Source of the DNA: an uncultured bacterium
GTDB taxonomy: Bacteria; Krumholzibacteriota; Krumholzibacteriia; Krumholzibacteriales; Krumholzibacteriaceae
Assembly: GCA_965369375.1 (NCBI GenBank)
Contig: CBDUQN010000005.1
Location: forward strand, 4,053 to 68,052
Direction of reading: 5' to 3'
DNA: 64,000 nucleotides
Every line of letters starts with the position of its first letter. Within the stretch, counting starts at the first letter, position 1. The translations under genes and the position numbers were made by a program. Below are positions 59,672 through 64,000 of the stretch, in pieces. The notes below the pieces were generated by a model. The model did not search any database and was not told the origin of the DNA. It saw only the letters and a program-made list of their open reading frames with translations.

Positions 59672-60436
59672 CTAACGTACGACCACCTGGCGGTCGAATC
59701 GAAGATCGACGAGCTCCGGGAAACGGCCGTCGTCCTCGAGCGAACCGTAGACCGCCTTGAACTTTCGAACCTTTTCTTCATAATTGTCCTCACCCATACG
59801 GACAAGCGTGCCCGTCCCCATCCACACCAGTATGATCTCCTCGCGCTCGCAATGGATCTCGGAGAGATGCTCCGCGGGAGAGAATCCGAATGATTTGAGC
59901 AGCTGCAATACACCGACTGCTTTCTTGAGGTTTTTCTTTCCGGCCGACGATTCGAATTCATCACGGGCGATACCGGTGATAATCGGAAGATCTATGTCGC
60001 CTCTGGTCCGGGACCCGCCGCGAATGATAACCCCTTCTTCATCCACCTCGTACATGCCACCGGCGGCGGCTACGATGGCCACCGGCTTTCGCTCGATTAC
60101 GTAACAGTCGATCCGGTGAAAGGGCTTCCTTCGAAACTCGACATCGCGTATCTCGGGGAATCCCTGCAGCCGCTCTCGCACTTTCGAGAGCGAAACGGTG
60201 AAGAGATTACTGCCGAGCATATCCGCTGTTACCGTTCTGAGCGTATCGACCGGGAGGTTGCCGCTGCCGAACAGCCGGACCTCCTTCACGGAGAAGACAC
60301 CGGTGAACAGAACGACGTAGAGTCCGAACAGAACGAGTGCCGCAATCGGCCCCGGCAAGACGCGAACGAAAAGGCTTCTCCTGACTTTCTTTTTCTTCTT
60401 CCTGGCCATCTTTCTCTTGCCGGTGAGTTTGAGCAT
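59672..60436 (-). CDS. ftsQ: Cell division protein FtsQ/DivIB (POTRA domain)
   Basis: Lys-rich N-terminus, single TM, POTRA-like KEVRLFGSGNLPVDTL; position between murC and ftsA. Confidence 0.65.
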   Translation of the reverse strand: MLKLTGKRKMARKKKKKVRRSLFVRVLPGPIAALVLFGLYVVLFTGVFSVKEVRLFGSGNLPVDTLRTVTADMLGSNLFTVSLSKVRERLQGFPEIRDVEFRRKPFHRIDCYVIERKPVAIVAAAGGMYEVDEEGVIIRGGSRTRGDIDLPIITGIARDEFESSAGKKNLKKAVGVLQLLKSFGFSPAEHLSEIHCEREEIILVWMGTGTLVRMGEDNYEEKVRKFKAVYGSLEDDGRFPELVDLRFDRQVVVR

Positions 60437-60442
60437 GTTCGC

Positions 60443-61852
60443 CTACTTCTTCCTCTCTTCGAGAAGCTCCTCGGCGAGTTTCCATATGTTGCCCGCTCCG
60501 AGCGTCATTACGAGGTCGCCCGATCTGATGTTCGCGCCGACCGCTTCTCGGAGATCGTCCCAAGTGGGCAGATAATTGACTTTTGCGGAACCGCCCCGCA
60601 GAGCGGCACGGTATACGAGATCGCCGCTCACGCCGGGAATGGGATGTTCCCCGGCGGGATAGATATCCGTGATGAAAACCTCATCCGCTCCCTTGAAGCA
60701 GCTTTCGAAGCGCTCGTGGAGGTCCCTCGTTCTCGTATAGCGATGCGGCTGAAACACGACAACGAGCCTCCGCTCGTAGGTTTCCCGCGCGGCCTCGATC
60801 GTTGCCGTCACCTCGGTCGGATGATGAGCGTAATCATCGATGAAGAGGATTCCATCCGCCTCCCCCTTCAATTCGAAGCGCCGCGCAACGCCCTCGAAAT
60901 GGGCGAACGCGGACTTCACGTGCCGAAACGGTATCCCTAGCAGATCGGCGAGCGCGCAGATGCCGAGCGAGTTCAGAACGTGATGCTTCCCCGGTATCTT
61001 CAGGAAGTATTTTCCGGCCTTCTTGCCGTCTATAATGAGCTCGAAGGACGTGCCGCCCGATCCCGTTTCCGTAATGATGCCCCGCACGTGTGCATCAGCG
61101 CCGAAACCGTACATCCGTATCCGCCGATCGATCCGCGGGACGATCGCCCGCACCAGCGGATCATCGATGCAACATATGACCGCGCCGTAAAACGGCACCC
61201 TGTTGGCGAAATTCACGAACGCATCGCTGATATTCTCGAGACCTCCGTAGAAATCGAGATGCTCGGCATCGATATTCGTGATTATCGCGAAGACGGGAGA
61301 GAGGCGTACGAATTTGCCGTCACTCTCATCCGCCTCCGCAATGAGGAATTCCCCCGCGCCGAGACGGGCGTTTGTTCTCATGCTCTTGACCCTCCCGCCG
61401 ACGACGACGGTCGGATCCAATCCCGCCTCTTCGAAAACCGCCGCGGCAATTGATGTCGTCGTCGTCTTACCGTGCACGCCGGCCACCGCGATTCCGGTTC
61501 GAACGCGCATGAGCTCCCCGAGCATCTCGGTTCTCGGGATAACGGGAATCCCCGCTGCCTTCGCCGCAATGATCTCCGGATTGCTCGGACCGACCGCCGA
61601 TGATACGACCACGACGTCGCTTCCCTTCACGTGCTTTTCGGAGTGGCCGTATCTGACCTTCGCCCCGAGCTTGAAGAGCCGTTCCGTCGTGGCGCCCCGC
61701 TCGATGTCGGATCCGCTCACCTTGAATCCAAGGTTCAGCAACACCTCCGCGATCCCGCTCATGCCGATACCGCCGATCCCGACGAAATGTATATGGCCCG
61801 ATTTACCGAGTATCATAAGAGATACATCTTTCTTCAGTTTTCGTTTTGGCAT
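60443..61852 (-). CDS. murC: UDP-N-acetylmuramate--L-alanine ligase
   Basis: HFVGIGGIGMSGIAEVL, GTHGKTTTTS Mur ligase motifs. Confidence 0.9.
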   Translation of the reverse strand: MPKRKLKKDVSLMILGKSGHIHFVGIGGIGMSGIAEVLLNLGFKVSGSDIERGATTERLFKLGAKVRYGHSEKHVKGSDVVVVSSAVGPSNPEIIAAKAAGIPVIPRTEMLGELMRVRTGIAVAGVHGKTTTTSIAAAVFEEAGLDPTVVVGGRVKSMRTNARLGAGEFLIAEADESDGKFVRLSPVFAIITNIDAEHLDFYGGLENISDAFVNFANRVPFYGAVICCIDDPLVRAIVPRIDRRIRMYGFGADAHVRGIITETGSGGTSFELIIDGKKAGKYFLKIPGKHHVLNSLGICALADLLGIPFRHVKSAFAHFEGVARRFELKGEADGILFIDDYAHHPTEVTATIEAARETYERRLVVVFQPHRYTRTRDLHERFESCFKGADEVFITDIYPAGEHPIPGVSGDLVYRAALRGGSAKVNYLPTWDDLREAVGANIRSGDLVMTLGAGNIWKLAEELLEERKK

Positions 61853-62983
61853 TTACCCCCCTCCCCCCGCCGTGCCGGCCGGCATGTTATCCGGTATGTT
61901 CAACAGCGACATGATATCGTCGACGATGCGCTGCGTCGCGTCTCTGCGCGCCGCGGCACTCATCGCCGCGCTCATTTGTGATAGCCGTTCCGGATTCGAG
62001 AGAAGTGAATCGAGCGCACTCCCGAGCGTATCACCGGTCAGGGATTCGTCCTCGATCATCACCGCCCCTCCCGTCTCGACGAGCGTGCGGGCGTTGTGGA
62101 TCTGATGATCGTCGGCCGCGAACGGATACGGAACGAGGATCGCCGGCAGACCGACCGCCGCGAGCTCGGAGATGCTGAGCGCGCCTGAACGAGCGAGCGC
62201 GACATCGGCCACACGGTAGGCCAGGCTGATATCGGAGATGTAGGGCGAGATGAAAATCCGCTCGGGCTCGCCCCCTAGCCGGGACACGACCCAGTCATAA
62301 TCGCGGCTTCCCGTCTGCATTATAGCCTGCACCTCAGGGCGATTCTCAAGATACTCCACGGCGGCGCGGTTGAGTGTCCGCGCGCCCTGGCTCCCACCGA
62401 AAACGAGGAGAACGGGACCCTGAGGTCTGAGCCCGAATGTGGCCCGGCTCACATCGACACCGTCCACGAGGAGAATGCTTCTGAGCGGATTGCCGGTAAC
62501 AACGAGGCCGGGATGATTCTTGAAGTAGCGAACCGCGCGCTCGAAGCCGAGATAGATCCGTTTCGCCCGTGATGCGAGCATCCGGTTGGTCAGGCCGGGA
62601 ACCGAGTTCTGCTCCTGCAGCACGATCCGCAAACGCAGAAATACCGCGGCGAGAACCACGGCGGCGCTCGCGTACCCTCCGGAGCCGAAGACGAGATCCG
62701 GATTGAAATGGCGCAGGAGTTTCACCGCCTGAAAAAAACCGATGGCGAGGCTCATAGCGGTAAGCAGCGCACCGGGGATACCCCTTCCCCGCACACCCCG
62801 GGAGAATATGAATTTGATCTCGTATCCCTCATCCGGCACGACGCTCGCTTCCAGCCCGTTTTTTGTTCCGATAAACATCGCTTTGAAATCAGGCAGGCGT
62901 GTCCCGAGTTCCTCCGACACCGAGAGCGCCGGATATACATGCCCGCCGGTGCCTCCTCCTGCGAATATTACTCTCATATTCAT
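61853..62983 (-). CDS. murG: Undecaprenyldiphospho-muramoylpentapeptide beta-N-acetylglucosaminyltransferase
   Basis: GGGTGGHVYPALSV N-terminal G-loop; GT28 C-terminal domain. Confidence 0.85.
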   Translation of the reverse strand: MNMRVIFAGGGTGGHVYPALSVSEELGTRLPDFKAMFIGTKNGLEASVVPDEGYEIKFIFSRGVRGRGIPGALLTAMSLAIGFFQAVKLLRHFNPDLVFGSGGYASAAVVLAAVFLRLRIVLQEQNSVPGLTNRMLASRAKRIYLGFERAVRYFKNHPGLVVTGNPLRSILLVDGVDVSRATFGLRPQGPVLLVFGGSQGARTLNRAAVEYLENRPEVQAIMQTGSRDYDWVVSRLGGEPERIFISPYISDISLAYRVADVALARSGALSISELAAVGLPAILVPYPFAADDHQIHNARTLVETGGAVMIEDESLTGDTLGSALDSLLSNPERLSQMSAAMSAAARRDATQRIVDDIMSLLNIPDNMPAGTAGGGG

Positions 62984-64000
62984 CGACTTCTCGTTCGTTT
63001 CCCTCTTCCATTAACCCGTTTGGCGAAAACCCTGCTCGTGCTTCTGCGCGACGAGGTCTCTTTTACGACATGAACGGTCTCTTTTCCCTGCGACGATATG
63101 TTCAGGAGGATACCGATGCCGGCAAGTGATGTGATGAGCGACGATCCTCCATAGCTCACGAACGGGAGCGGCAGACCGGCGGTCGGGATCATACCGAGTG
63201 TCATCGCCATATTGAGCGACGCCGTTGCGAATATCGACATCCCGATACCGAGCGCCAAAACGTACCCGAACATGTTCGGGGCACGCCGGGCGGCTCTGAT
63301 CGCCCGTCTGAAAACAAAGGCGAAGAGCGCAAGTACAATTACGGTTCCCACGACACCGAATTCCTCGCCGATTATCGCATAGATGAAATCGGTATGCGCG
63401 TCAGGGAGAAAACTGAATTTCTGGTGTCCCCTCCCCGGGCCGCTCCCGAATATGAATCCGGATCCGAGTGCAATGAGAGACTGATTGAATTGCCAGTTGA
63501 TCCCGTGCAGATCCTGTCCCCTGTTGAGCCATGCTATGAGCCGCGCATACACATGCTCCATGCGGTACGCAAAAGGCAGAGCGACGGCGATGAGAACCGC
63601 CCCGGATGCGGCGAGATGCCGCAGTCTGCAGCCGGCGACGAAGAGAATCAGAAATGAAAACGCAACGATAATAAACACGTTGCTGATATTCGGCTGCAGC
63701 ACGACGAGGGCGGCCATCAGGACGGCCGGGATGGCGAGCGGCAGGAATCCCTTGCGCAGATCCTCGATATCCCCTTTGAGCTGGTCGATCTTCGAGGCAA
63801 AATAGATAACGAGACCGAGCTTCGCCACCTCGACGGGCTGAAAGACGACATTGAATATCGAGAGCCACCGGCTCGCGCCCCGCCGTTCGATTCCTATAAA
63901 GAGCACTGCTGCAAGCAATGCGAATGAAATCACAAGCAGCGGGAGCGCCGCCTTCTGATAGCGCCGGTACGGAAACCTCATGCACACGAAGAGAGCTATC
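62980..64000 (-). CDS. ftsW: Peptidoglycan glycosyltransferase FtsW (SEDS family), N-terminus beyond window end
   Basis: Polytopic SEDS motifs (QPVEVAKLGLVIYFA, SYGGSSL); the ORF continues past coordinate 64000; the stop overlaps the murG start. Confidence 0.8.
   Translation of the reverse strand, partial: IALFVCMRFPYRRYQKAALPLLVISFALLAAVLFIGIERRGASRWLSIFNVVFQPVEVAKLGLVIYFASKIDQLKGDIEDLRKGFLPLAIPAVLMAALVVLQPNISNVFIIVAFSFLILFVAGCRLRHLAASGAVLIAVALPFAYRMEHVYARLIAWLNRGQDLHGINWQFNQSLIALGSGFIFGSGPGRGHQKFSFLPDAHTDFIYAIIGEEFGVVGTVIVLALFAFVFRRAIRAARRAPNMFGYVLALGIGMSIFATASLNMAMTLGMIPTAGLPLPFVSYGGSSLITSLAGIGILLNISSQGKETVHVVKETSSRRSTSRVFAKRVNGRGKRTRSR

Overview
This is a GC-rich (~60%) bacterial chromosomal window with nearly all genes on the minus strand. 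It is dominated by core genes. The dcw/fts cluster tail (ftsW partial, murG, murC, ftsQ, ftsA, ftsZ) sits at the 3' end. Also present are recG, rpmB, groES-groEL with a CIRCE-like operator and terminator, valS, uvrB, nadC-birA-coaX, panB-panC, folB-folK, dnaE, accA, tatA and a PpiD-like chaperone. I found no rRNA, tRNA, CRISPR, transposase or integrase. The 5' end holds a type IX secretion (T9SS) cargo island. It has an M6 (InhA-like) metalloprotease and a gingipain-like C25 cysteine protease, both with T9SS/FlgD-Ig-like C-terminal sorting domains, flanking a PorV/PorQ-like outer-membrane beta-barrel. Together with the MglA homolog and the gene content this suggests an FCB-superphylum (Bacteroidota-related, possibly candidate-phylum) organism. 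The most unusual region is about 39.6-51.6 kb. It contains an MglA-like Ras-family GTPase with a ~165 aa acidic C-terminal extension. Next to it are a stand-alone CheY-like receiver, a TPR protein and outer-membrane proteins, and a sigma54-type -24/-12 element lies upstream. A plus-strand operon there resembles the actinobacterial PatA-PimA pair (HtrB-like acyltransferase plus PimA-like GT4) followed by an MFS transporter. There is also a pseudo-receiver::HATPase_c (RsbW-like) / zinc-ribbon / HD-phosphohydrolase module. Smaller oddities include three tandem 29-bp repeats immediately upstream of valS. An in-frame 30-bp tandem duplication sits in the signal peptide of an outer-membrane protein whose start overlaps the dnaE 3' end. 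A DGGGPS-like UbiA prenyltransferase lies next to uppP. Many long antisense ORFs in the six-frame track are GC-driven artefacts. Coordinates I derived by hand may be off by 1-2 nt.
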